Shown in pieces: positions 63,601 to 64,000 of a stretch of 64,000 bases of DNA (positions are counted from its first letter, which is position 1; each line of letters starts with the position of its first letter). This stretch comes from Octopus vulgaris (Eukaryota). Position numbers and translations under genes: made by a program. The stretch lies in contig OX597815.1 in the NCBI GenBank assembly GCA_951406725.2, positions 54,560,001-54,624,000 on the forward strand. Reading direction: 5' to 3'. The notes under the pieces are model-generated. The model was not told the DNA's origin. It ran no database searches and saw only the letters and a program-made list of their open reading frames with translations.

Positions 63601-64000
63601 TAGCTGTTGTATGATTTCTTGTGTAACGCAGTTGCCAATTTTTATTTGTGTTTTATGCTGGTGTGCATTTGAGAGTTTATGGAGTGGTTACCTATCATTG
63701 ATAGTTGTATGCCCTACAACTGCAAGCTCATTCAGAACTTCTTGCTTCATTTCAGTGATATATTTTCTGTGTTGTTCAATAAACATGTGGTCTTCAAATT
63801 CTGTTTCGACATCATTTTCCTGGTTGTTTTTACTAGGGTCATTATATTTTCCTTTTTCTTCAGGATCTTGAGTCGTTTCGGCAGATGGTCGCCTTTCAGT
63901 TAATGCTTGTGGCCCAACATTCCTCTCCTCAGTTTCGTTATTTCTTTCCTGACTTATATTTAGGTCATTCTCTACCACTTTTTTAATAGAGGTTAATTCT
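60605..64000 (-). mobile_element. R4/Dong LINE, 5' end beyond the window
   Basis: Ordered N-terminal, RT (ORF 61703-62878, 391 aa, with YMDD) and CCHC-RLE (ORF 60875-61366) segments. 3' UTR followed by (TAA)n. Confidence 0.94.

Overview
AT-rich eukaryotic DNA, saturated with microsatellites and made almost entirely of decayed transposable elements. I found no convincing host gene, rRNA, tRNA or CRISPR array. The SINE families and repeat content suggest an octopus/coleoid genome (inference). Contents: at least 15 fragments of R4/Dong-type restriction-endonuclease LINEs, most nested in (TAA)n; one full-length but frameshifted RTE LINE; Tx1/L1 and HERO-like fragments; three Penelope-like elements (PLEs) with GIY-YIG coding remnants plus several non-coding PLE ends in (TA)n; two internally deleted Helitrons; mariner and pogo remnants; many SINEs; and several large inverted repeats. 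The most interesting signal is RNA structure. The PLE ends carry minimal hammerhead ribozyme motifs whose core 3-8 base pair occurs as C-G, U-A and G-C within this one window. HDV-like ribozyme folds sit at the 5' ends of the near-complete Dong and RTE LINEs. A ~550-bp non-coding element in four copies looks like a TAA-targeting passenger of the Dong LINEs. All folds and alignments were done by eye, element boundaries are approximate, and no activity has been tested.
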